Shown here in pieces: positions 43,343 to 57,654 of a stretch of 64,000 nt of DNA. The translations under genes and the position numbers were made by a program. Position 1 is the stretch's first letter, and each line of letters begins with the position of its first letter. The notes beneath the pieces are model-generated. The model saw only the letters and a list, made by a program, of their open reading frames with translations. It ran no database searches and was not told where the DNA came from. The stretch comes from Octopus vulgaris (Eukaryota), in the NCBI GenBank assembly GCA_951406725.2, contig OX597823.1, positions 88,288,001 through 88,352,000 of the forward strand, written 5' to 3'.

Positions 43343-44508
43343 CTATGTAAACAATAATAATAATGTTCCTTTTTCTGTCTGTTATAGGCACAAGGCCTGA
43401 AATTTTGGGTGTGCCTATAAAAGACAGAGAAAGGATCATTATTATTATTGTTGTTGCTGTTATCATTATCTGTGAAAGATAAAGCAGATATGGTGCCTGC
43501 TCACATCGTCTCCCAAATAACTTGGCCAAATAACTTTGGCAAAACTGGAGCGTGTAATTTCCCGCACTTTGGGGAAAGGACGCATTTCACTGGTCAGGAG
43601 TTCCCATATCTGCTAATGCGAAGGCACGCGCTGCAGCCACTGACAGATCTTCCTGAATAGTAATCTGGCGTGTTTTCCGCTTTGTAGGACACGCTTTTTC
43701 GCAGCTCACGTATGTGCATATATATATTTGTGTAGTATGTACGAATCAACATATACTTATTTATTGTAACGCTGTTTGTAAACAAATATGTACGTGTATA
43801 CCTTAAGTGTACGTATGTATTGACATATATATTCGTATATACAGCTCTCAGGTTGAAACCTAACCCTATATTACAAACACCCCACCCATATATAATTTAC
43901 AAAAATAGTTTACAAGAAAATGTCATTAATTCGAACTGATATTGTCTTTACTGTCCCAAAATATTCTTCAGTTTTATTCACCAGACGAGACATCCAAACA
44001 ATCTGTAATAGCAAAAACGTTTACGCTAAAACGATGTAAACTTTTACTAGTAGAATTTCATGCTTGTTTTACTGACGTACATCTACTCACACATCATTCA
44101 AACAATTCGTTACTTTTTACTATCACAAGGAGACACACATTGACCTAACCTAGCCAACGACACACTTATCACACGTTGACCTAACCTAGCCAACAGCACA
44201 CATAGATTTACACCAAACAATCCGCCCTAAATATCTACCAAAAGTAAACTAAAAATATAACAATGAATTGAGAATGAGAGCAAAAGAACCACACGAGGAA
44301 CACGTCGTACGTCTGAAAGAAATAAAAACAGCTTCCACTCCCTTTTTTTAAGTAGTAGAAAAAAAATTCTTCGAAAATTTCTGTGTTGGCATTAGGGTCA
44401 AAAATTTAATCACTGTAGAGTGTTAAAACATGCAAAGCTCATAATATTACTGAAACTGTAAGCGTATTAAGGACATTCGTTGTCTCTTAATATATGCAGT
44501 GTATATAA

Positions 44509-44882
44509 GGCGGCGAGCTGGCAGAAACGCTAGCGCACCGGATGAAATACCGAGCGGTATTTAGTCTGCCGTCACGAGTTCGAATTTCGCCGAGGTCGAC
44601 TTTGCCTTTCATCCTCTCGGGGTCGTTTAAATAAGTACCAGTTACGCACTGGGGTCGATATAATCGACTTAATCCGTTCGTCTGTCCTTGTTTGTCCCCT
44701 CTGTGTGTAGCCTCTTGTGGGTAGTAAAGAAATAAGTATTTCGCCTGACGCTGCATTCTGAGTTCAAATTCTGCCGCGGTCGACTTTGCCTTTCATTATT
44801 TCGGGGTCGATAAATTAAGTCGGTGTAATCGACACATCCTCTTCTCCCAAATTTCTGCCCTTGTGGCAAAATTTGAAACCAG
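44509..44882 (+). mobile_element. SINE family B dimer, 14-bp TSD
   Basis: TSD tatatgcagtgtat at 44491-44504 and 44883-44896. Confidence 0.88.
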
Positions 44883-45243
44883 TATATGCAGTGTATGCAC
44901 GAGTTTTGCATGAATGTGACACTAATTTTGTCTGTTAGAACAAGCTTTTGTTTATTCATGTCACCATCAACTAGAAGTTCGACAAAATGTGAGGGTGGGA
45001 GTAGGCATCACAATTAAAATCAAAGACGGAGTTCATTTATTGAAGCAAAGCTTACAAGATTATGCCATTGTCTAGCCATAACCTACTGACTGAAACAAAG
45101 AGAATGTACCTACACACATACATACACACACACACACATCACATACATGCACATACACACACGTTTATACATGCAATTGTGTATTTCTATGTGTGCGCTA
45201 AGAGAACTACACATACATATGTTGATATATACATAATACACAA

Positions 45244-45297
<54 letters not shown>

Positions 45298-45434
45298 GTG
45301 TCTGTGTTTGTGTATTATGTATATATCAACATATGTATGTGTATTCTTTTAGCGCACACATAGAAATACTCAATTGCATGTATAAACGCATATGCATACA
45401 TACATACATACATACATACATAAACACACAAAAC

Positions 45435-45486
<52 letters not shown>

Positions 45487-46495
45487 GTTTTGTGTGTTTA
45501 TGCATGTAGGTACGTTTTCAAAGAGAAGCCACAGTGGAGGAAGGAAGAAACATAGAGGAAGAAGATGGGTGCGAGAGGCGGACTGTCTTTTATACTAATT
45601 CCTTTATTCCTGAAATGTTTGAAGCTAGCAGTAGGAATATTTGATAATGTACATGATTGTATTAGGCAACGCAGTCTTATATCATTGGCGTGTTGCAAAC
45701 ATCTAGGATAGAAGTGAAGTGGAATACAGTAAATTTTAGATTCCAGATATAAAACAGATTGAGATATTTGTATGAAATGATAATGTACTTCGTGTTCCGA
45801 GGTATTCATTGCAGAAACCGTATATTCATGAAGCTATATCCGGATTTAATATATAATTGCACATGCATATAAATAACTGAAAAATCTGGTAATTGTTTGA
45901 AAGTATATATAAAGTGATAGAAATCGATAATAAATGTTACCCACAAATATGTATCGTATCCAATAACCTAACAAATATGAAAATTTGTGAGTAGGTAAAA
46001 AAGAAAACGAAATAAAGTATGCGCCATCTTGTAATTATTACAATTTGAGAAGGTGATTCAGGATGGATATTGCATTAACGTATTTATTGTTCTGATGAAC
46101 ACTGCCACGTAGGTGTACAGAATGTTTGTACTACATGATGTGTATGCAGTGAATTTTTGCACAATATATTGTTTATTGACTGCCTGTGTAAAATCTCTCT
46201 GGTGGTAAAATGTTTTATAGCATCGTTATATTACAGATATTTGATATTTCCTAGATATCGCCTTCAGATTTCAAATGGGGTATTAGTTATAAGAATTATG
46301 ACATATAAAATGTATAATCAATGTACGTTATACGACAGTCTTACTTATACATACATGCTTTTATGTATGTGTATATATGTATTAGACTTTCGTATAACGT
46401 ACATTGATTTTACATTTATATACATACATATATACATACATATACAGGCACATATTGGTTTCAAAGTTTGCAATATTCAGCAGTTTCGGCGGATG

Positions 46496-46535
<40 letters not shown>

Positions 46536-46635
46536 CTATATCTATCTAAATATATATATATACATTTATATATACATAACATGTGTGTGTACATATGCAT
46601 TTGTACATACATATGTATGTGTGCGTATGTATATT

Positions 46636-46670
<35 letters not shown>

Positions 46671-46705
46671 ACATACACACAAATATATATATATAACGAT
46701 AGAAT

Positions 46706-46746
<41 letters not shown>

Positions 46747-47405
46747 GCATCTGTGTGTGTGCATGTGTATGTGTGAGTATGACCGCTGCATCAGATAAAG
46801 TAAACGGCAACTATATGAGGATTATTGACTGCTCCAAGCGTAGAGTTTTTCCAATACTTATGACACAAGCAAAATGCTCTAGATGTAAGAAGGATACAGA
46901 GATTGGAGTAATGCGGATCAGATAATCTCAACAGTTAAAACCAAGATTGCCGAAGGCTATTTTAATAGGAAACAGAAACCAAATCTAAATTGAAGATAAT
47001 GCCTGTATACGTGAACGTAAAACGATTTTTCACTCGTAGGGCAACAGAAGAAATTATCAAGAGGATCACTCACGACAAAGCATTTAACATCATTTCCAGC
47101 AGCGCTAACAGTTATTCACATATATTTGCTATCCATTCTTCTTTTCTCCCGTCGTTCGTTTATTCATTTTTCATTTCTTGGATTTGTATAATTATTCATT
47201 CTTCTATGCAACAGGAAACATATTTGCTGTCAAATCTCTAAGGTGGTATCTTTTAACAGAACTCCTCATTATTACAATGCTACGTTAAAATCATATGGTT
47301 CAAATGAAAGAATACATTACATACTACAGAACCGCACAAATTTCCATGAACATAACAAGAAGGGAAGCGAAGTTGTATGGTAGAATCTGCTCTACAGTTT
47401 AAATG

Positions 47406-47441
<36 letters not shown>

Positions 47442-47445
<4 letters not shown>

Positions 47446-47898
47446 GAAATATTACATTTCTAAATATCTCAAAGAGATATAAGCAGAGGTGGTACGATAG
47501 AGCAGTTGTATACTGTCAACATAATATGAAAGTCCCATGAAGGGAATCACACTACCGCTATTTAGCCCTAGGAAGCATCAACGCTTCCTGTCAGCCTTGA
47601 CCCATTTCGTGTGTCCTTGTGTTTTACAAGGGGGGAAACAAGCACCCCCATCCAGCTAAGCCTGCATCCAGAGACTAGTTTCTGAGTCTTGCTCGTCAAC
47701 AGTCTGGAGTAACATGGCTTGCTAGGTGGCTTCTTGTAAACATATAATAATTCCAGTGAAATAAATCCACTGATCACAAAAAATAGAAATACTACATTTC
47801 TAAATATCTCAAAGAAATATAAGCAGTGGTGGTACGATAGAGCAGTTGTATACTGTCAACTTAATGTGGCAGTCCCATGAAGGGAATCACACTCCCGC
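47442..47898 (-). mobile_element. 340-bp unit in partial tandem (117-bp direct repeats) carrying a hammerhead-like motif; probable Penelope pLTR-like or retrozyme-like repeat
   Basis: 47442-47558 is similar to 47782-47898; abuts (TA)n. Confidence 0.65.
47667..47708 (-). ncRNA. Degenerate minimal type I hammerhead ribozyme candidate
   Basis: UCCAGA-CUGUUGA-cGAGcaagaCUCa-GAAA-CUAGUC-UCUGGA: 6-bp stem I, palindromic ACUAGU stem III, GUC site, one core mismatch (A6 to U). Confidence 0.55.
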
Positions 47899-50292
47899 AG
47901 GTTTTTTACGATTTTTACCTAAATTATGAATTTTCACAATTTGCTGTGTAATTACCATTTATCGGTTGCCGGGATTACAGCATTTATCACAGGTCTGTAA
48001 AATGTGATAGAATGGAACATGGTTCTATATTTCAAAATATTTCGTATATATTGTCATCGTGAGTGAGGCTGTTTGATTTAGTAAAATGTAGATAATTTCA
48101 CACATTATCTTCGTGGTTTTAGCCAATGATAGGAACAGGATGATAAAAAAAAAATCCGCCAACCAGTTAAATGGCTCCAACCATAAAATGTAAATGGGTT
48201 CAGATAACGGCACTGAGAATCAATATGTAGTAAGGGAACTTGAAATATATATATATAGTCTATTAATCAGAAACAGGAATGATCCTTCAGATAGAAGTTT
48301 ACAGTTTCCTCCCCAGATATGATATTCAAAGAGCGTTAATGAAGCTGGGATTATCATAGAAGCCTCTTGCGTAATGTGCTACGCAGAATGATCCAACCTG
48401 GAATCACGTAACTGTGGCTATGATGTAAACTTATAACCTCACGACCATTCCAACTGCCATCAAATTACCTGGCCTCAACGAAGTTATTTCTAACGTTTTT
48501 CACACAAAGACACCTTGATTGGTTTCCTATTATACGTTCGTAAACATGTGCCGGTTTTAATCAATCGCCTGAACAACGGAATCCGTGTAACACAGACTTA
48601 CGATAAAAGAGATTTTAAATTCTCATTATATACACATAACACCACGTTACGTATTGAGCAATTGTTTTCTCCGATTTTAACCGAATTAGCGTGCGTAAAT
48701 GTGAGTGTGTGTGTATGTTTGTCCATGCGTATGTTGACACATGATCATTATGCAAAATAAATATGCTTAAAACTTCTAAGAATTCCAGTGTTCTATTTAT
48801 TTATTAGATAATGGCTTCTTGAATAAATTCATTTAGCGATGGTGACGAAAAAACTGCTGTAAAAAAAAAAACCCCAAAACTAATATTTGTCATTGTAGAT
48901 TTCAATGAGGCAATACTCTGAGGATTTTGTAAATAATTGTGGTTCTATAACCTAATTAACTGCACACTTATCATAAGCTCACGTTTCTAGTTCTTATAAT
49001 TATATAAAATTTTTGAAATAAATATTTTCTTATGGAGGTACGAGTTAGAATCTAATATTTACAAAGAGGCATTTACTTAAACGATATTCTATAACGGTAG
49101 GCAAATGAGAAATTCATGTGACAAAAATAGGAACAATATAAGAACGGACCCTCTCTTTCGGATGTAATCTAACTCTCTCAGCTTATACTTCCATTTACAT
49201 GAAGAGCGTGTCACAAGGATGTCAAACCCTAGTTGTTATTTGACTCTACAATTTACAGTGACTGAAATGAGGAAAAAATATAAGATGTAACCCTGAAAGT
49301 AAGAGGCAGTAACTAAATCCCTCTGACATTTTACCCGACGTTCCAAATATACTGGAAATTAAGCAACTCTTATCACTGACACAACGAAACACCTGAAGAA
49401 CATACAAACATGCACCACACGTGAGAAAATTATTTATATCGGATGTTCAGAAGTAGGCAATCTATATTCGTAGCAGTATTTATATTCGTGGATTTACAGT
49501 TATCTGAGGTTCGGATTTGCTTTCATACTGCTTTGCACCATTTTTATCAATTCTACTTCCTTTTCAACAAGGCTACAAGAAATGGAAGTTACTAACACGG
49601 AAAAAATATTCTATGTGTGTATCAATTAACAAAAAATGTTGGTTGTTGTCGTTGCTTAACCATCGTTTCTTTTTGCGGGTAGGATGTGTTACATTATACG
49701 ATGAGTCCTTAAACTACTGATGGCCAGGGTCAGTGAGTGGGGAAATATGTGACTGCTAGTTCTAACGGACTGAGAACTCTATAGATTCTTCCTCATTACA
49801 TTCAAAACTTCTTCATTCTTGACAAATGTAGAAATCCAAATCCTCTCATTTGAGTTTGCATGAAACAAATTCTGTCATTTTAAACACGAATGTCCTTTCA
49901 ATCTTTTATAAAACATGTGCGTCGAATAAAAAAAAAATGTCTAAGAAACCCAGATTGACAGGTAGGTTTTACGAGTTAATAAAGTGAAAAAATCAATCTC
50001 TTCAGCTCATTCAAACCAGTTCGGCATAGTTTGTTGTTTAACGAATGTGAGACCGAATCATCTTGAATTTGGAGACGTTTTGGCTGTTTTATTTTTTATA
50101 GCAGATCGAACTGATAATGTTAATTGGTTCCCATGTTGATATTATTACGGATGTACAATCAGAACTTGAGCGTTGTGTATCCACTTGTTTCAGACCCGGT
50201 CAGTATAATGAAAAATAGAATCTATTAATATAGGTTTATAATTTAGAAAGATGGATAGATACCGCCGACCAAATGCTATAAAGTATTATGTT

Positions 50293-50503
50293 TACTTTTA
50301 CTTGTTTCAGTCATTTGACTGCGGCCATCTTGGAGTTCCTCATTTAGTCGAGCAAATCGACCCCGGGATTTATTCTTTGTAAGCCTAGTACTTATTCTAT
50401 CGGTCTCTTTTGCTGAAACGCTAAGTTACAGGGGCGTAAACACACCAGCATCGGTTGCCAATCGATGGGGGGGGGGGGGGCAAACAGAGACACACAAATA
50501 TTT

Positions 50504-50540
<37 letters not shown>

Positions 50541-50709
50541 CGACGGGCTTCCTTTCAGTTTCCGTCTACGAAATCCACTCACAAGGCTTTGCTTTGGTCG
50601 GCTCGGGGCTATAGTAGAAGATACTTGCCCAAGGCACCACGCAGTGGGACTGAACCCAGAACCATGTGGTTGGTAAGCAAGCTACTTACACACAGCCACT
50701 CCTGCGCCT
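50293..50709 (-). mobile_element. SINE family A, full length
   Basis: Alignment to other copies. Confidence 0.88.
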
Positions 50710-50894
50710 ATGGAAACGAATCTTATCATACCAATTGCTAATTGAATATCTTTTATATTTCTACATATTTATGATTAATTTTAAAGAATATAAATTAAAT
50801 GAGTAAGAATAAAAGCATAAGATTAAAACAGAACGTTGCTAATTTCACTGAACGAGAAACGTTTGATGGTTGTTGTTTCAGGAAGCCTCCCAAC

Positions 50895-51168
50895 AAAGAC
50901 AAGACCGGTTTCCCGGTTTCCTTGGCATATAGGTTCCCCACCTGGACGGGACGTCGGTCCGTCGCAGGTGAGCTGCAAGATCCAGGAGGAAAGAGTGAGA
51001 GAAAGTTGTGGCGAAAGAGTCGGCAGAAGTTCGCCATTACCTTCTGCCGGAGCTGCGTGGAGTTTAGGTGTTTCGTTCATAAGCACACACATCGCTTGGT
51101 CTGAGATTCTAACTCGGATCCCTCGACTGCGTGTCCGCTGCTCTAACCACTAGGCCATGTGCCTCCAC
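50895..51168 (-). mobile_element. SINE related to family C in its 5' part but with a different 3' part
   Basis: Sense gtggaggcacatggcctagtggttagagcagcgga..gaaacacctaaa.ctccacg..gctccggca matches the 53200 copy. Confidence 0.75.
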
Positions 51169-52552
51169 TTTGGAGATATGTACATAAAGTTTAAAACTAA
51201 TTAAAGTTTGTCCAATTTGAACTAATTTTAAAGGTTTATCATTAGTCGTAAATTGCTAATTCCATCAACATTTTTTCCTTTTTCAGACGTACAAATACAC
51301 TATTTTTTCAAGAAAAACATAATGAAAATATTTATGAAGGGTATCATGCATATAAGTGTGCTATGAAACTGGTGATATACAGTCTCGAAATAACAACAGC
51401 TGCAAAGATGAAATCTTAATATGTTCCGAACACAGGATTAAACGATCAGAAAGTGAGAATACATGTGATTGATGATTTTTCAGTGAATATAATTTATACA
51501 ATCCATTATGAATCATGGTAAAGTTTAAAACAAATCAAATAATATTATGCAACGACAGACATTAATTTAGACTTATTGAATGCTCATGTCATTACCGTTT
51601 TAAGAAAATAAAATTGTTGCATATCATTATTGCAAAAGGTCTGACATAATGTTATAATTATAATCCCTTGCGTAACAATACAACGATCTGCATATAAAGT
51701 TAATATAATTCCTTTGGCAATTACCAAAGATGTGTACGATAACTCAAAAAATATATCAATATTATTTAAGGAAACTTGACTTCAAATACCGTCGAAATAG
51801 ACTCTGTCTTTTAACATTTTGGGGTCGATAAATTAAGAACCAATTAAGCGCTGAGGTCGCTGTAATTCTCCAAAATGTCAGGCCTTGTGACTATAGACGA
51901 TGTGAGTATTTCAGAATTCTGAACTGTTTTGTTGTTTGATATGAAGTTAGCTGTGATCAAATAGACTTTTGATCAAGATCATTATAGCAGTGGCCATTTG
52001 GTTTTATTCCCAGGTATGGTTCACTGATGAACACATATTCCAAAATATCTTGTTCTGAAGCATTAGGACAGCTCAGAAGTAGGAGGCATTTTGATGATAA
52101 TGTAAAGGCAGACCATGTTGTTTATATTGGTGAATTAAATACGAGTTGTTGCAGCAAGAGAAATGTATGTAACGATGAAAAAGAACATAAAGATTAGAGG
52201 TAAACGCAGAGAGGAAAGACTATATGCATAGCAGACACAACAAATTAAGTATTTAAATAGAAAACAATGCGATTGTAGAGTGTCAAGGGCTACTTCAATA
52301 ATTTTGGAATATTTTTATAAGTTTCATATAAAGGACAACATATAAAACTTTCAGGTCAGTGTGTATATGGATGCGGGGGTGGGGGTCAACAGGAATTATA
52401 GGGAAAATAGTCAATTAGCTACAAAAATCTTGTACGTTGTATGTAACATAATTGAAGATGTATATGTGTGTGTGTGTTTGTGTGTACACGTATGTATACA
52501 CATTTGCATATGATGAGATTTATGAGTGGATATGGTCGACAGAAATATTATA

Positions 52553-53075
<523 letters not shown>

Positions 53076-53161
53076 AATAATATACATATACTGTATATCA
53101 GCGGTGGTGCCCCAGCATGGCCGCGGCCTTCGGGCTAAAACATTTTTAAGGATTTAAGGAT

Positions 53162-53199
<38 letters not shown>

Positions 53200-53201
<2 letters not shown>

Positions 53202-53485
53202 TGGAGGCGCAATGGCCTAGTGGTTAGGGCAGCGGACTCGCGGTTTCGATTCCCAGACCGGGCGTTGTGAGTGTTTATTGAGCGAAAACACCTAAAAGCT
53301 CCACGAGGCTCCGGCAAGGGGTGGTGATCCCTGCTGTACTCTTTCACCACTCTTTCTCCCACTCTTTCTTCTGTTGGTCTGCTCGCTTAGCCAGCAGGGT
53401 GGCGTCATTCGAAGGCTAAAACAATGCGAACGCATTGTGACTAGCGATGTGTAACAACATCTGATGGTCTGGTCGGTCACGTGAT

Positions 53486-53492
<7 letters not shown>
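53200..53492 (+). mobile_element. SINE family C (tRNA-like head) inserted in (TA)n
   Basis: A-box tggcctagtgg and B-box-like ggtttcgattcc. (TA)n on both sides. Confidence 0.8.
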
Positions 53493-53538
<46 letters not shown>

Positions 53539-54421
53539 CGTATGTGCGTGTAGTGTTTGTGCGTGTGTGTGTGTGTAGATATTGATATAAATATACATAT
53601 AGACATAAACAAATACAGGGAGTCAGACAGAGAAGCAATCAGCAGATAGACAGACAGATTGTCAGACTCATGTTTTTAAGGCAGCTTCTTACATAAACTA
53701 AGAAAATAAACTTATATCGTTTCCACTTTTATTACTCTTTGTCCTGTCAATTGTTGTCCATCGATTACTTTTAAATATAATTTTTTTGGCTTCGATATAT
53801 GTTTACAACACTAGACGATGTTGCACCGGTTATTGCACTCATTAGACATTGTTATAGCTCTTATTAAATTAATTTCAGTGATGCATTGAAAAGATACTGA
53901 AACAAAAGGATAGATTTACAAATATGATTTTTACACAAAATTAGTTGCAATCACAATATGAGAGGAAATCGATTGAAATCGTTGGAGTAAAAAAATTCAT
54001 TGTAAAGAAACAATGCATTTTAATTGCTTACAGACTAATATGCTTCTCCTGGGATATTATTAAACGCTTTGAGAAGAATATAAGAGATTTATATTATGAA
54101 AAGCGCACAAAAAATATAGAAGAAATTACTCTAAATATGTCCGACTTTCATATTGCATTTTTGAAAACATCACTTAATGTATATCAATAAAATGCATTAA
54201 AGATATTTAACGATGCTAACAGACCAATATATATATATATATACATTATGTACTAGAATAGCTAATGTCTGTATCTATATCTATCTATCTCTATAGCTAA
54301 ACAGATGAATGGATAGATAGGTAGATAGAGAGATAGATAGATATTCATATTTATGTATTTATTATAAATTATTCATATGTGGATGTATATACGTATAACA
54401 ATAATATTCTTGTGCGGAGAT

Positions 54422-54467
<46 letters not shown>

Positions 54468-54562
54468 GCGTTCGCACACCTGTTTGCCCGCGTCGAATAA
54501 CCCGGTGGGTATGAACTATTGAAATATATGTAAAATTGCCAGAAGGCAATTTTACATATATA

Positions 54563-54760
54563 TTAGTTTGGTGCATAATATTGCGGCTTTTTCTCAAATT
54601 TTATTAAAAAAATAAATTAAATAAAACGCCAAGCAGAAATTAAAGTTGATGGTGAATATCCTCCGGAATAATCATTTGAAAGATGTTTTTGTTAAATATT
54701 ATAGTTTTTGTTGCATAAAATTTATAGAAAAAATGCAGCAATAATTATGCACCAAAATGA
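54563..54760. mobile_element. Mariner-type MITE (~200 bp) with TA flanks
   Basis: Left ttagtttggtgcataatattgcggctttt; right end reverse complement tcattttggtgcataattattgctgcatttt. Resembles the Hsmar1/cecropia-type TIR TTAGGTTGGTGCAAAAGTAATTGCGG. Confidence 0.7.
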
Positions 54761-54771
54761 TATATATACTT

Positions 54772-54828
<57 letters not shown>

Positions 54829-54829
54829 C

Positions 54830-54975
54830 ATGCCTTCTTTCAGTTCCCGTCTACCAAATCAAATCCACTCACTACCTTAGTAGAAAGCATTTGCCCAATG
54901 TGTTCTACGCAGTGGGACTGATTCTGGAACAGTCTTGTTGAGAAGCACACTTCTTTCCACAGAGCCACGTCTGTT
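54830..54975 (-). mobile_element. Diverged SINE family A head half
   Basis: cttctttcagttcccgtctaccaaatc..cgcagtgggactga. Confidence 0.7.
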
Positions 54976-55810
54976 CCCTTGCTATAGCAAAAAGTTCGCG
55001 GGGTCCTTCTTTAATCAAGTATTTATTTAGATGAGTAAAGAATTGCCCCACGAAAAAAAATATAATTAACCAATTCGTAGAGGTCTACCATTTTATTTTC
55101 AGGTTCCTTGTAATCACAAATTTAATATCAGATGCATACTCGGCTCCTGACAGTGCTACATGTATTGTTTGTGTTAATATTTTAACTAAACAAAGAAGAA
55201 GGAATCGCAATTGTATGTCATGAGAAAGAGAGCAATAGGAAAGACAGCGGATTGTTGAATGAAACACTTTTCTCCGTATCATTACCAAGGAGAATGAATA
55301 GCAATTGAAAACAAAAGGGTCAAGTGTCAGTAGCGTTATTTTCAATAGAAAATTAAGGGTTACTTCAACTCGAACCTCTACACGTACGGCATTCTTCTTT
55401 AATCCATATAGAAACAAATCAAAATTGTATAGTTCCTTTCTTGTTTGATAAAATATTTTCAAAATACTATAATGAAATACGACTTCATTATTTTAATTCG
55501 TTTGTTTACTAATTTCTGTATGAAGAGAGACTTAATTTTATTAATTTTGTAAACAGATTGAAAGATTCCATTAGTTCAAAACAAAAGATTCCATAATTTC
55601 CCACGAGAATAGAAAATAATAATCAACTTTCTAAAGTACTTTGATAGTATATTAAGAAATTTCATTTGGTGAACTATTTACTTGCATTGTTGTGCATCAA
55701 TAAAATATATCCAATGTTATCTAATTATATAACAAAAGCCAAGCCGCAGTAAATTGAGACATGCGGAATTTACTGAGACATCATCATCATCATCATCATT
55801 ATTATTATTA

Positions 55811-56327
55811 TCTTTGCGCAGCTTCTAACGCTGAAGATTACTACGGTGTCAGCCGTTAACTACCAGTGAACGAAGATAACACCCCTTATTTTTCAAGCAC
55901 CATCAGTAGTATTCGAGCGGTTCCAAGCAGTGCTGTTTTCTGCAAGTGTTCCGCCCTTATTGCAGCTCCTATTTGTTCCATGTACTTCTCACGAGTTTTA
56001 CTCACTGTTCCCAGGGCTTCGACAATTATTGGTACTTCTACCACTTTTTTCAATGTCCACGACTGCTTAATCTCCCAAGCTAACCTGTTATAGCTATCGA
56101 CTTTTCTTTCTTCCTTTTCGCATACCATACTGCCAGCTGGGAATGCGATATCTATGACCCACCATCGTTTGCTCTCTTTTTCATTTAAGACTATATTTGG
56201 TTTCCTATTCTCTATCTCATGGTTGCACTGAATCATAAAATCCTATAGAATCTTTGCATTATCATTTTCAATGATGCCTTCGGGTTTATGTCCGTACCAA
56301 ATTTTTTGATCTGTCAAGTCCATACGA
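55811..56327 (-). mobile_element. 5'-truncated R4/Dong-like element: restriction-like endonuclease domain and short 3' UTR
   Basis: NRKPNIV..VIDIAFP..KEERKVDSY..L..EIK..W..VPIIVEALG..LQKTALLGTARIL (PD-D/ExK type). (TAA)n-type repeats on both sides. Confidence 0.88.
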
Positions 56328-56367
56328 TATTATTATTATTATTATTATTATCATTATTATTATTTAA

Positions 56368-56570
56368 GGCGGCGAGTTGGCACCCTGGACGATTTGCTTA
56401 GCGGAATTTCGCCCATCGCTACATTCTGTGTTCAAATTCCACCAAGGTCAACTTTACCTTTCATCCTCTAGGGATCAATAAAATAAGCGCCAGTTGAACT
56501 CTGGGGTCAATGTAGTCGATTCATTCCCTTCCCCAAAGTTGCTGCCATTGTGGCAAAATATTTGAAATTA
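56368..56570 (+). mobile_element. Diverged SINE family B monomer with alternative tail, in (ATT)n
   Basis: ggcggcgagttggca..ttcaaattcc..ctttcatcct..ccccaaa..ttgtggcaaaa. Confidence 0.75.
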
Positions 56571-56581
56571 TTATTATTATT

Positions 56582-56629
<48 letters not shown>

Positions 56630-57124
56630 TATATTTCCTGCGGAATGCATCGGACGTGTCTTCGAACGATCCAAGCAAGTTCAGTTCTAAATATTTATTT
56701 ACACCACGATTGGTGTTGTTTATTCCAAGTTTTCAATAGAAACACCCGGAACCTGTTACTGGTTTTCTGTGGTTGTTTAACTCCTAAAGGCGCCATATTG
56801 TCCCACCGAATAATTTGGCTGAACGTTTAATTTAATTGTATCAGATACAAGGCAACAAGATGGCGAAGCGTGTCTTAAAAGAGTTATGAAAAAAACAAAA
56901 CAGCCCTCCAACGAATATGGTAACGACTTAAGATTTCCCTCCCCTTCCCTCCGTTACTGGCAATTACATAGGGGAAGGGAAAGAGGAGAAAAACAAACCT
57001 GTCACGGTAGGAAACACAGTTATAAGAACAATAGGAGCAGAAACAGCAACAGCTGTAGCAACAACATCAGCAGCAGCCGCAATAGTGAGAGCTGTAGTAC
57101 TGTAGTAATAGTGATAACAACAAC

Positions 57125-57532
57125 GTATTTCTTTACTACCCACAAGGAGCTAAACACATAGAGAGGACAGACAAACGGATTAAGTCGATTATATCAACTC
57201 CAGTACGTAACTGGTACTTATTTATCGATCCCGAAAGGAGGAAAAGCAAAGTCGACCTCAGCGGAATTTGAACTCAGAAAGTAACGGCAGACGCAATACC
57301 TATTTCTTTACTACCCACAAGGGGCTGAACACAGAGAGGACAAACAAGGACAGACAAACGGATTAAGTCGATTATATCGACCATAGTTCGTAACTGGTAC
57401 TTATTTAATCGACCCCGAAAGGATGAAAAGCAAAGTCGACCTCGGCGGAATTTGAACTCAAAACGTTACGGCAGACAAAATACAGCCACGCATTTCGCCA
57501 GGCGTGCTGAAGTTTCTGCCAACTCGCCGCCT
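57125..57532 (-). mobile_element. SINE family B dimer, 14-bp TSD
   Basis: TSD tagtgataacaaca at 57109-57122 and 57536-57549. Confidence 0.88.
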
Positions 57533-57654
57533 TCGTAGTGATAACAACAGCCATGAAAAGGACAGCAAATGCAGCAACGGCATTAGCGATAGGAACAACA
57601 ACAACAACAACGAGAGCAAAAGTTAAGAGCAGCTACAACAAAACCAATACCAAC

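Noticed and set aside
46705-46745. Short (GATA)n tract as a Tx1 junction
   Set aside because: No element sequence adjacent; it is an unoccupied tract.
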